DNA of 64,000 nt from Candidatus Calditenuis fumarioli (lineage in GTDB: Archaea; Thermoproteota; Nitrososphaeria_A; Caldarchaeales; Calditenuaceae), in assembly GCA_030059665.1 (NCBI GenBank), contig JANVYR010000001.1:320001-384000 (forward strand), written 5' to 3'. Of this stretch, positions 7,712-16,180 are shown piece by piece (position 1 is the stretch's first letter; every line of letters begins with the position of its first letter). The notes beneath the pieces were generated by a model. The model was given only the letters and a program-made list of their open reading frames with translations. It did not search any database and was not told where the DNA came from. The translations under genes and the position numbers were made by a program.

Positions 7712-8002
7712 CGGTCCCCCACCCCCACCCCTCGCCACCGCACGGTCCAGGGGCCTTCTTCGCCTCTCCCGCGTGCCGGACCACGCGGGGTCGGGCTCCG
7801 GCCCCCTTCACTCCGTGGGCTGGCTCGGGGCACGGTAATCGCCCCGACTCCCTTCGACGGGAGGACAAGTAGGGGAAAGAAAGGGGGTGAGGTTGCGCTT
7901 GCATCGATCATCAGCTGGAGTCTTCATCCTCGGCTTTGAGCGTCGGTGGCCACCGGCCCGGACTCTCCCGGTCGGAGGGACGCGGGCTTGGCGAGCTGGG
8001 GG

Positions 8003-9592
8003 TTATTCGCCCCAGCCTGCGACCGTCGTGTCCCTCCTTGTCAGTGGGGTCACCTTCATTACCCACCCCGGCCTAGACCACCCTGAGCGGGTGGGGTGGT
8101 CTGGCTCGGGGCGGGTTCGGGTGTCCCCGCCTCCGCGCCAAGCCTGTTCTTCATCCCCACCCTCTCGGGGTCCAGGCCGGGGCTTCGTCTTCGAGTATTG
8201 CAGCGGATTCCTGATCCCCTTAGGACACAGCTTACCGTCCTCTATGCAGAGTCCGTGGGCCTTCATCGTCTGGCAAGAGGGCGGTTTGTATTTTATCCGA
8301 GATCCCCTCTCGCCGGCGATATGCTCTATCTGGTACCTGGCTATCTTCTCGTCGAAGTCAGGCCTCTCCTGTAGCATCGCCAATATGTCCTCCTTGGAGT
8401 ACCCACGGTTTATCATGAAGGCCGTTATCGAGAACAGCTCCGCATGCGATGCCTCAGAAATCCTCGCCCTTATCGCCTTCATGCACGGCGGCCAGTCCTC
8501 GCTCGTCGTCTCCGTCGTCTCAACGTACCGGCTTCTTACCCTTATCAGCTCTTTGAGTGTGTCCTCCGCGGCCTCACGGAGAACGTCGGGTAGTAAATTA
8601 ATCTTCGGCCTTACTCCCTCGAATCTGGCGAACGCCTCGGCGATCCTCTCCCTCGCCAGCCGGGCCAGCTCCGCCTTCGTGAGATGAACATAGCCTCTGT
8701 GCACCGTCCGGTTTACGAGGCGCCACTCGGGGTTCCGCAAAAGGTTCCTCGCGGCCGTCAAGTAGTCAGCCAGCGGAACCTTGTAGTCGTAGCCCTCGAT
8801 CTCCGAGGGCTCGGCGTCCAGTTTCGTCCTCCTTATCAGTTCCCTGAACGTCTCCTCGTCCTCGGCCAGCATCTGCCGCTCTATTCGGGAGGCCTCGGCG
8901 AGCGCCCAGCGCTTCAGCAACCAATCGTCGTTAATAGCTAAGCAGATCACCTTTGCGACGATGAAGCTCAGCGCCTCGGTAAGGGGATCGTCCAGAGACT
9001 GGACGATCCCCCGCTCCCCGCGTTGTAACGCGTCGATTAACCTCTCTTTTGCTCTTGTCGCTGTCGCCTCGTCGACGTCGGCGACGTTCCAGGCTTCGAT
9101 TAATTGGCGGTATTCGTCCAAATATTGGAATTTGCTGAGCGTTTGAAGGGTGATAACTAGACCCCTCGGTTTAACCGTCTCCTGCCGCGCTTCCTTTTCT
9201 TCCTTTTGCGCTACCTCTTCGGACTTCGACGCTAACAGCTTTCGTCTCAAAATCTCGATCGCCTCGTCGTCCAGCTCCGCTAGGACCTGCTCGACCTTCT
9301 GCCTTCTCATCTCTTCAAACTCCTCCTCGTTCGGTTCTCTCGGCCTATCCCATCGATACATGGGATAGGCCCGTTTGAAGCTCTCCAGAAGCTCGTCGTA
9401 GGTCAGCGACGGGTCGTAGTGACCCAACCAGTCGATCTCTAGTGGGTCGGCGCGGGGGTTGAACTCCATGAAACGCCTTATCAATGCCCTCAGCGTTACG
9501 TAGTCCGACTTGCCGTACCTGTCGTAGATCTGTCTGTGGACTCTCTTCGTGACCTCCTCAAGGATTTCCTCATCGACCGTCATCCGAACCAC
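8003..9592 (-). CDS. priL: DNA primase large subunit (PriL) with ~140-aa N-terminal extension
   Basis: SFIVAK...KRWALAEA, WRLVNRTVHRGYV, Fe-S ligands WPPC, PPSC, GLC and C, and PDFDEKIARYQIEHIAG. Confidence 0.88.
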   Translation of the reverse strand: MVRMTVDEEILEEVTKRVHRQIYDRYGKSDYVTLRALIRRFMEFNPRADPLEIDWLGHYDPSLTYDELLESFKRAYPMYRWDRPREPNEEEFEEMRRQKVEQVLAELDDEAIEILRRKLLASKSEEVAQKEEKEARQETVKPRGLVITLQTLSKFQYLDEYRQLIEAWNVADVDEATATRAKERLIDALQRGERGIVQSLDDPLTEALSFIVAKVICLAINDDWLLKRWALAEASRIERQMLAEDEETFRELIRRTKLDAEPSEIEGYDYKVPLADYLTAARNLLRNPEWRLVNRTVHRGYVHLTKAELARLARERIAEAFARFEGVRPKINLLPDVLREAAEDTLKELIRVRSRYVETTETTSEDWPPCMKAIRARISEASHAELFSITAFMINRGYSKEDILAMLQERPDFDEKIARYQIEHIAGERGSRIKYKPPSCQTMKAHGLCIEDGKLCPKGIRNPLQYSKTKPRPGPREGGDEEQAWRGGGDTRTRPEPDHPTRSGWSRPGWVMKVTPLTRRDTTVAGWGE

Positions 9593-9734
9593 CTCTCGAG
9601 GAGCATCGGTACGTCAGTAACCGCTACCGTCCCCTCCACCCTCTCCCGGAACCCTCGCGGCCCCTCCTCCGGGCTCTCGCCCGGGCCCCTCGCCCAAAGG
9701 GCGGGGTATGTACCCACCACGGGGTAAATCGGGG

Positions 9735-11420
9735 CTATCGCGGCAGGAGAGGGAGGAGCTTCCGGTAGCGATCATCCACGAGGAGAACCAGAGCGTTATC
9801 TTCGGGACCCCTGATCGCCCTCCCGGCGGCCTGAACCGCGGAGTAGACCGCAGGGAGGACGAGGCCGTGGAGCCTCGCAGAATCCTCGTCCCCTAACAGC
9901 TCCTTCAGTCTCCTCAGCAGCTTCTCCCTCCTCGGCGTGGGTGCGGCGAAAGGCACCCCTATCAGCAGCACGAGCTCAGCAGATAGGTCAATCCCTTCGG
10001 CGAGCCTGCCGTTGAAGACGCTGACCAGCGCTTTGGAGTCCATCTCGAAGGCTCTGGCGACCGCTTCAACCTCCTCCTGCGTCATACCTTGCTTCTCGGC
10101 CAGGACCTCTGCCTCGGCCCTTTTCAGCACCTCCTCGAGGACCTCGTGGCTCGGCAGGAAGACGAGGGACCTCCTCCCTGCTACGAGCTTCAGCAGCCAG
10201 GCGGCGTCCGAGTAGAGCTTCTCGTCCCGTTTCTCGAACTTCGTCGTCAAACCCTTCACCACGGCCGCGCTCAGGTTGTCTCCGAATGGCCATCCGGCCC
10301 TCAGCAACGTCATCTCCCGGCCTACCAGCCTTTCCAGAAGCTCCGCGTTGACCGTCGCGCTCATCGTGACCGTCGCCCTCCACTTGTCGTAGACGGCCTC
10401 GAGCACTTCTTTGGGGTCAGCCATAGCCTCCAGCCTCAGGGACCTCCCCTCCCTCACCAGTAGGGGTCTGGAGCCCCCGAGGCTCGCCTTGAAGTCGGCT
10501 ACCGTAAGCACATGGCTCGCCGGAGCGAGGTTCTCCCTAAGCTTAAGCTCCTGTATCTCGAAGCCCGCCTCTCGGAGCTCCGTGTAAGACGGTAATACGT
10601 CATCGACCTCCGCTTCGCCGTCTCCGGGAAGCAATGACTCGTAGTGGTTGGCGGCCCTCTCAAGCTCTGATGAGATCTCGTTAAACCCGTACTTCCTTGC
10701 CTCCCTTGCCGCCCGCTTCAGCGTCCTCAGACTGATGGAGTCCTTGACCATCGACAGCGCCTCACTGACAACGTGCTGTGCCTCGTCCAGAACCAGTATC
10801 GTCCTCTCCTTCGACCAGCGCCATTTGGCCAGAAGCCATCCGAGGAATCCGAGTTGCCTGTGGGTAGCGACCAACCCCCGTGCGGTCGGCATCGAGATAG
10901 TGAGTACCTCATAGGGGCACGTCAACGTCCTCCGTCCCAAGTCCTTGAGTTCGCTGACCGTCATCGGCCTCCCCACCGCCCGAGGTTTCCCGGGCCAGTA
11001 GGGGCATCTGTGGGCGTATCTGGTCGCCCTGCACGCGGCGTTGAACCGTCTCTGATCTATTTGGGCTATTACCTCGTGAAGACACAGTAGCTTCCTCCCG
11101 AAGAGCGGCAGCATGCCGGTTTCCAGCGAGACATGTCTAACTTGCGAAGCAGTCCTCGTAAGCCAAAGCACCCTCAGATTGTTCTCCTCCGCGTACTTGG
11201 CTACGGCGGCGTAGACCGCGGCGGTCTTACCCAGACCGGTGGGCGCCTCGACGACCACGTCCCTGTTGCCGTCGCTCAGCAGTTCGTAGAGCCTGTTGGC
11301 GAGGTCGGCTTGGTATTTCCTCGTCGTCGGATGCGGGAAGTGCCTCTTCAACGCAGCCGTCAGCTGGACGTCCTCTTCGAGGTCAACCACCCTGACCTTC
11401 CCCGGCTGGGGGATAGACAC
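9735..11420 (-). CDS. XPD/Rad3/DinG-family Fe-S SF2 helicase
   Basis: EAPTGLGKT, four-Cys Fe-S region ending CPYE, LDEAQH, MSAT, LAEGIDL and QAAGRAIR. Confidence 0.9.
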   Translation of the reverse strand: MSIPQPGKVRVVDLEEDVQLTAALKRHFPHPTTRKYQADLANRLYELLSDGNRDVVVEAPTGLGKTAAVYAAVAKYAEENNLRVLWLTRTASQVRHVSLETGMLPLFGRKLLCLHEVIAQIDQRRFNAACRATRYAHRCPYWPGKPRAVGRPMTVSELKDLGRRTLTCPYEVLTISMPTARGLVATHRQLGFLGWLLAKWRWSKERTILVLDEAQHVVSEALSMVKDSISLRTLKRAAREARKYGFNEISSELERAANHYESLLPGDGEAEVDDVLPSYTELREAGFEIQELKLRENLAPASHVLTVADFKASLGGSRPLLVREGRSLRLEAMADPKEVLEAVYDKWRATVTMSATVNAELLERLVGREMTLLRAGWPFGDNLSAAVVKGLTTKFEKRDEKLYSDAAWLLKLVAGRRSLVFLPSHEVLEEVLKRAEAEVLAEKQGMTQEEVEAVARAFEMDSKALVSVFNGRLAEGIDLSAELVLLIGVPFAAPTPRREKLLRRLKELLGDEDSARLHGLVLPAVYSAVQAAGRAIRGPEDNALVLLVDDRYRKLLPLLPR

Positions 11421-11509
11421 AGGGCAGGGGCCTTAGCCCCTGCTAGCCCACTCGGCGCTCCCCTCCAAAGGAGGGTGCGTTTATCCCGCCAGCCTATGGG
11501 GGTCTCACC

Positions 11510-11752
11510 TCACAGGTATCCGAAAATCTTTAGCAGTATCGCGCTGATCAACGTCGTCACCCACAGCCAGAAATAGCGATCTATCCGCGACTCGAGCCTT
11601 TCGAACCTCCTGTCTATGTTCTCCAGTATCTTCCTGTGCTCCTCGACGATCACCTCGAGCTTTGCGATCCTCTCAGCCAACTCCATCACCATTCGTGTAA
11701 GCTCCTCCGGCGTTAATGGGTCTCCGGCCTGATTTATCTCTTCTGACCTCAC
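11510..11752 (-). CDS. Small coiled-coil protein with C-terminal TM anchor
   Basis: Heptad region IAKLEVIVEE...FERLESRID followed by YFWLWVTTLISAILL; start overlaps the upstream stop. This architecture is common in archaeal viruses and plasmids. Confidence 0.65.
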   Translation of the reverse strand: MRSEEINQAGDPLTPEELTRMVMELAERIAKLEVIVEEHRKILENIDRRFERLESRIDRYFWLWVTTLISAILLKIFGYL

Positions 11753-12480
11753 CTGCCATCACCCCTGTGAGACTCGTAGTGCTTCTTCAGCTCCTCCTCA
11801 GAGGGGCAGAGGAGGCCGCAGCTGGGGCAGAAGTAACCCTGTCCCGTGCTGACGACCTCCCCCACCCCCCGGAGGAATGTCCACTCCCATCTGCATGACG
11901 CCGGATGCTTCTCAGCGACGTGCGCCGTTGCTTCAGCTAGGGTCCCGAACCCTGCCCCGCAGTAGGGGCAGAGCCAGGACCCGTCCTTGTTCTCGAAGAA
12001 CGTCTTCAGCTCCCCCACCCAGGCCACCTTGACCCGGGCGGGGGTGGTCTCGTCAACGTCGGCCGGGTGCCTCCCTCCCAGCCAGCCCCGTCTTATGACG
12101 ACGGGGCGGGCCGAAAGGGAGTACCTCTCCAGAACGTCGGCACACCCTTTGCAGAGGGGCCCTGCGTATGAGGGCAGGGCCGCGGGAGCCCCGCACCTCG
12201 CGCAGAACCCCTCTACCCTTTTCGATTCGGCGGGTACCTCATCGACCTTTGGCTTGCACTCCGCCTGCTTCAGCTTCAGGGCCTCCGTGAGCTTGGCCGA
12301 CGCTCCGCAGCGTGTGCATCGTAGCATGCTGATCGCCTCGCCCGGCACAACCACTTCTTCGACCTCGTGCTCCCCGAGGGGGAAGGTCCTGTGCCTCTCT
12401 CCCTCAGGGGTTTCGACTTGTTCCTTTTGCACCTTCGTCTCCTCTTCCTCGAACCTTTCCTCTTCCTCCTCGAGCCCCAA
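11749..12480 (-). CDS. Multi-zinc-finger protein (CxxC pairs and two C2H2-like fingers); probably the frameshifted C-terminus of the upstream ATPase
   Basis: CTRC, CARC, CKGC, CPYC...H...H, CPSC...HYESH. Frame is open from 12657. Confidence 0.7.
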   Translation of the reverse strand: MGLEEEEERFEEEETKVQKEQVETPEGERHRTFPLGEHEVEEVVVPGEAISMLRCTRCGASAKLTEALKLKQAECKPKVDEVPAESKRVEGFCARCGAPAALPSYAGPLCKGCADVLERYSLSARPVVIRRGWLGGRHPADVDETTPARVKVAWVGELKTFFENKDGSWLCPYCGAGFGTLAEATAHVAEKHPASCRWEWTFLRGVGEVVSTGQGYFCPSCGLLCPSEEELKKHYESHRGDGR

Positions 12481-12587
12481 CCCCTCGACCCCCTGCTCAG
12501 GGGCCTCGGAGAGGGGCTCCTCGGACTCGACGTCCTCCTCCAGTCTCAGCTCGACCCTCCCGGGGCCTGCCTCCGACCGCCGCTCGA

Positions 12588-14276
12588 TTACACGAAAACC
12601 CCTCCCCCTCTCGCGGCGATCAGGGCAGACCCTTTCGGGGTCTCCTCTTCGACCTTCTCAGCCTCCTCAACAGTCACCTCCTCTCCCTCTTCGGTCTCCT
12701 CCTCGACAGTCATCTCAGCCCCCTCCTCGGCTTTCCCCCACGGAAGGCGCCACGGGATTGGCCACGTCCCCGTTGCCGTGCGGACCAATAGTAGTGACGC
12801 CGTCCCGCGGCTGGGGGCCTCGGAGGGAGTGGTTGGAGTGCTGACATCGGCTTCCTCTTCGAAGTCTTCGTCTTCCTCCAGCTTCAGCTCCACGGAGCCT
12901 GTAGGCTCCGGGGGCTGGGCGGGCTCCCCACCTTTTTCAGCCTCCTCGACCCGCCCCTCGACCTCAACCCCCTCCGGCAGGGAGGGGGTGGGGGTCTCTG
13001 GAGCGGACACCTCTCCCTCCTCGACCTCCTCACCTTGCTCCTCAGCCCTTACTTCCTCAGTTACTGTTGGCTTCGTGAGCATAAGCTTGATCGGCTTAGG
13101 TTTCGGTAATCGTCTTAGATGGAGTCTGCGGTGATCGTAGATGATAAGCTTCGCCTTAATCAGCTTCTTCCACATCTTCTCCGCCTCCTCGAGGCTCGCC
13201 CTGAAGAGGAACCTCTCTAGGACGAACCTCGGGAGGCTGTCGGGGGAAGTGACGACGATAGCTCCCACGTCTTTCGTTATTGCTATCGGCATCAGCTCGG
13301 GATCGGGGCATATTAGAACCACCCCGACCCCAAAACCTCTCAACTCATAGACGATCCGCTCTCCTACCGTCGGTGGTTCGTCAGGAGTTCTCGGCCTGAT
13401 GTAGTTCTGCGCCTCCTCAGCAACTATCAACTCTCCCAGCCTCGCCTTTAGCCCCCCTTTCAGCGCGTCCTTGTACTTCCTCACTAGGATCGCGATCGCA
13501 TATGCAGACTTCAGGTATACTGAGGGGAGTTGGCTGAGGTCGTAGACGACGACGGAGTCGCTTCCTCTGACGTTCACCGCAGGCCTCTCCTCGTCTATCA
13601 GCAACACGTAAAGCCTCCGGATAAGCGCCAGGTACATGTTGGCTTCAGCGTATCTCCTTTCGATGCTCGCGAGGTCGGCGGCCCTCGTCAGCTCGCGTAT
13701 TACTTCGGACGTCGTCGGAATCCCCTTCTCGTAGAGTTTGACCATGGTCCTCAGCAGAAGCGTCGCGCTCGCCGGCGACACCTCCGCCACGTCTTTGCTC
13801 ATCTCGCGTATCATCTCCACGGCGTAAAGCGCCTTCTCCTCCGCAGTTTCTCCGGGGACGTCCCAGATATTGATCTTCCTTACCACAGACGCTCCCTTGA
13901 GGTAGGAAACGTACTCGCCCTTCCAGTCGATGACCGTCATTTTGATCCCCTTTTTGACCGCCTTAGCAATTACCTCCTTCGCAACCGTGGTCTTCCCCGA
14001 CCCCGTCGGCCCCAGCACGACCATGTGTCGTGCCAAGGCCGACAGGGGCACCACCCCCAGCACCCTCCTAGCCCTCAATGCCCGGAGGAAGAGGAGGGCA
14101 GGGGTGATGGTCGTTATCGCCGCGATCGCTGCGATTGTTGCGATTGGTACTACATTGACCCTCGGCAGTAGCTCGGGTACCCCTTGGACGATTCCGTACT
14201 TCGCCCAGTCCCTCATACCCTCCTGTACCACGTGCAGGAGGGCAAGGGGAACGTCTATCTCGTAGACGGCGACCAC
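12588..14276 (-). CDS. HerA/VirB4/TraG-like (DUF87-type) P-loop ATPase with N-terminal TM segment and acidic Pro-rich tail
   Basis: HMVVLGPTGSGKTT, IDWKGEY, Walker B IVAEEAQNY. Start uncertain (14276 or 14216). Confidence 0.82.
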   Translation of the reverse strand: MVAVYEIDVPLALLHVVQEGMRDWAKYGIVQGVPELLPRVNVVPIATIAAIAAITTITPALLFLRALRARRVLGVVPLSALARHMVVLGPTGSGKTTVAKEVIAKAVKKGIKMTVIDWKGEYVSYLKGASVVRKINIWDVPGETAEEKALYAVEMIREMSKDVAEVSPASATLLLRTMVKLYEKGIPTTSEVIRELTRAADLASIERRYAEANMYLALIRRLYVLLIDEERPAVNVRGSDSVVVYDLSQLPSVYLKSAYAIAILVRKYKDALKGGLKARLGELIVAEEAQNYIRPRTPDEPPTVGERIVYELRGFGVGVVLICPDPELMPIAITKDVGAIVVTSPDSLPRFVLERFLFRASLEEAEKMWKKLIKAKLIIYDHRRLHLRRLPKPKPIKLMLTKPTVTEEVRAEEQGEEVEEGEVSAPETPTPSLPEGVEVEGRVEEAEKGGEPAQPPEPTGSVELKLEEDEDFEEEADVSTPTTPSEAPSRGTASLLLVRTATGTWPIPWRLPWGKAEEGAEMTVEEETEEGEEVTVEEAEKVEEETPKGSALIAARGGGVFV

Positions 14277-14969
14277 CTCCGTTACATACCCAGCCTCGGC
14301 TACTACAGGATACCGGAAATCGACGTCCCGCTCGATTACCTGCTATCGAGGATAAAGGGTAGCGGGATGGATACGGAGAGCATCGACCACGTCTATGATT
14401 ATTTCGGCAACAGGAGGATCCTGATCGAGGTCCCGGAGGAGGAGATAGAGAGGGAGATGGAGCAGAACAGGCTCAGGAAAGAATGGGAAGCCAAGATCGC
14501 CGAAAGACTCCAGAAGTGCACGCTCCTCTGGCAAAGCGATAAGGTGCGGGCCTACCTGCTCGACGACGAGGAGCTCGCCGGGGTGTTTTTAGATGCGGTA
14601 AGCGTTCAGATGGTGAAGGATCTGGGCAGACTCATCGTTATCGCCGGGCCATATTTTGACGAGCCATACAGGGTCGCCTCCCTGAGCATCCATATGCCGA
14701 CCAAGGTCCTCGCCGCGAAATCTTTGCTTGAGAGGAGAGGAGTTCCGGGAACTCTCACGGTAAAGAACGAGGGGGTGCCGGGACCGAAATACCTGATCAG
14801 GCTTACCTTTAGACACCTCGACCCGCTCGGATACTGCACGCTCTACCTCGATCCGGACAAGAAATGCGTAGAGATGGCACCCAAGGCGAGGGTCATCTAC
14901 GAGGACGGGAAGCTCGTGCTGATAGACGACGAAGCGGTGGAGGAGCTGATGAGGGAGAGGGGAGCTTAG
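14184..14969 (+). CDS. Hypothetical protein (true start uncertain, possibly ~14367)
   Basis: Long ORF with protein-like composition; no motif recognised. Confidence 0.6.
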   Translation: MDDSVLRPVPHTLLYHVQEGKGNVYLVDGDHLRYIPSLGYYRIPEIDVPLDYLLSRIKGSGMDTESIDHVYDYFGNRRILIEVPEEEIEREMEQNRLRKEWEAKIAERLQKCTLLWQSDKVRAYLLDDEELAGVFLDAVSVQMVKDLGRLIVIAGPYFDEPYRVASLSIHMPTKVLAAKSLLERRGVPGTLTVKNEGVPGPKYLIRLTFRHLDPLGYCTLYLDPDKKCVEMAPKARVIYEDGKLVLIDDEAVEELMRERGA

Positions 14970-15008
14970 GCCCAGCCCGTATTTATTCCTCGTTTCAGTT
15001 TTTATTTC

Positions 15009-15812
15009 GTGATGATCCGCCTACCTGTCCAGTACTGGAGATTCTTGATCAGGTCATTTCTCGACGAAGGCGCAGACCGCGTCTTTTATGATCAGGGCAG
15101 GCTCCAATCCCTCAGCGTAGACAGAGTCTCCCTGATCAGAGCTTCTATCCACGACCATGACTGTGGCCGTATGGAACTCGACCTCGACAAGCCGAACGAA
15201 CTGCTGAAGAAGGCCCGTGTTAAAAGAGGCTATATGACGGTAAGGAGGATCGGCGAAGGTAAGGAAGAGGAGGAGGTAGAGGTAAGGATAACGGGAGACC
15301 AATGCCTGACGACAACGTTCAAATATAAGAGAGAGGTCGGGTCATCTTTCAATCCCGACGTCACGAGGTTGAACTTTACAGACGGATTCAGGATAGGAGC
15401 TGAGGCTTTAGCCCGCACATGCGAGGGCTTGAAGGACTGTGATATCATGTTTTTATATGTGGGGTCTAAGCTGTTTGTGGGAGGCAGACTGTTTGAAAGC
15501 CAACTAAGGTTCACCACGATCCCCACCGTTGCAGGTAACGGCTCGTTCTCGGCATTTGAGCCAAGCAGGTTGTGCAGGTTCTTGAGGAGGATAAGCGAGT
15601 TCTCCAGCGTCCTAACCGTCAGGCTCAAGACGGACGGCCCCATCTACATCCACGCTCCGACACCGTATTTCGACGTCGAGTTTATGCAGGCCCCGCGTGC
15701 CATCGCTTCCGACGACGTCAAGCTCCTGAAGGAGGTTCTAATTCAGGAAGGGGAGGCTCAGGCTATACCCGTCCTTGAGCAGTTGGTGGAGGCTAAACCA
15801 CAGACCGGATGA
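15009..15812 (+). CDS. Divergent PCNA-like sliding clamp
   Basis: LSVDRVSL (MDxSHVxL-like), ELDLDKPNELLKK, VRLKTDGPIYI and EFMQAPR match PCNA landmarks; ~35-aa C-terminal extension. Confidence 0.7.
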   Translation: MMIRLPVQYWRFLIRSFLDEGADRVFYDQGRLQSLSVDRVSLIRASIHDHDCGRMELDLDKPNELLKKARVKRGYMTVRRIGEGKEEEEVEVRITGDQCLTTTFKYKREVGSSFNPDVTRLNFTDGFRIGAEALARTCEGLKDCDIMFLYVGSKLFVGGRLFESQLRFTTIPTVAGNGSFSAFEPSRLCRFLRRISEFSSVLTVRLKTDGPIYIHAPTPYFDVEFMQAPRAIASDDVKLLKEVLIQEGEAQAIPVLEQLVEAKPQTG

Positions 15813-15973
15813 TGGGTTTTTACAGGCTCAGGGTTCGCATGGATCTGATCGGAGAGGCCCGGGACTCACCCGTCGCACCCGGAACGGCAGGAAACGGTCA
15901 AGTCTATGACCAATCTCAAAAATGTTTACCGGGTGAGGAAGGATGAGGGGCTTCAGGACTTGGATCCGATTGA

Positions 15974-16150
15974 AACGAGAACGGGTGCCTCCTCGACCCC
16001 TTCTGCGGAAGCGCCACCATCCCCATCGAGACAGCGCTCTACGCGATGCGGGTTCCGCCAAACGCCTACAGGCGGAGGGAGGAGATGCTGGTCTTCCGGC
16101 TCAAATTCATCGAGCAGGAGGCCCTTGAGGAGGCGTTGGCAAGGCTTAGG
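15974..16150 (+). pseudogene. Internal fragment of a Trm14/RlmL-type RNA methyltransferase
   Basis: Reads LLDPFCGSATIPIETAL (motif I) right after an in-frame TGA at 15971; runs in frame into the ParB-domain gene. Confidence 0.6.
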
Positions 16151-16180
16151 GTAAAATTGAGGTCGTCGCGACCCCTCCCG

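Larger units (their letters stand above)
4760..15830. mobile_element. Integrated genomic island / putative archaeal mobile element (boundaries approximate)
   Basis: More A/T-ending codons than the flanks; replication, transfer-like and recombinase genes; long GC-rich intergenic blocks; truncated host genes at both flanks. No att direct repeat found by eye. Confidence 0.75.

Noticed and set aside
4612-15975. attL/attR direct repeats or target-site duplication flanking the island
   Set aside because: By-eye comparison of 4612-4940 with 15812-15975 found only 6-8 nt chance matches, and no tRNA fragment lies at either end. A computational repeat search is still needed.
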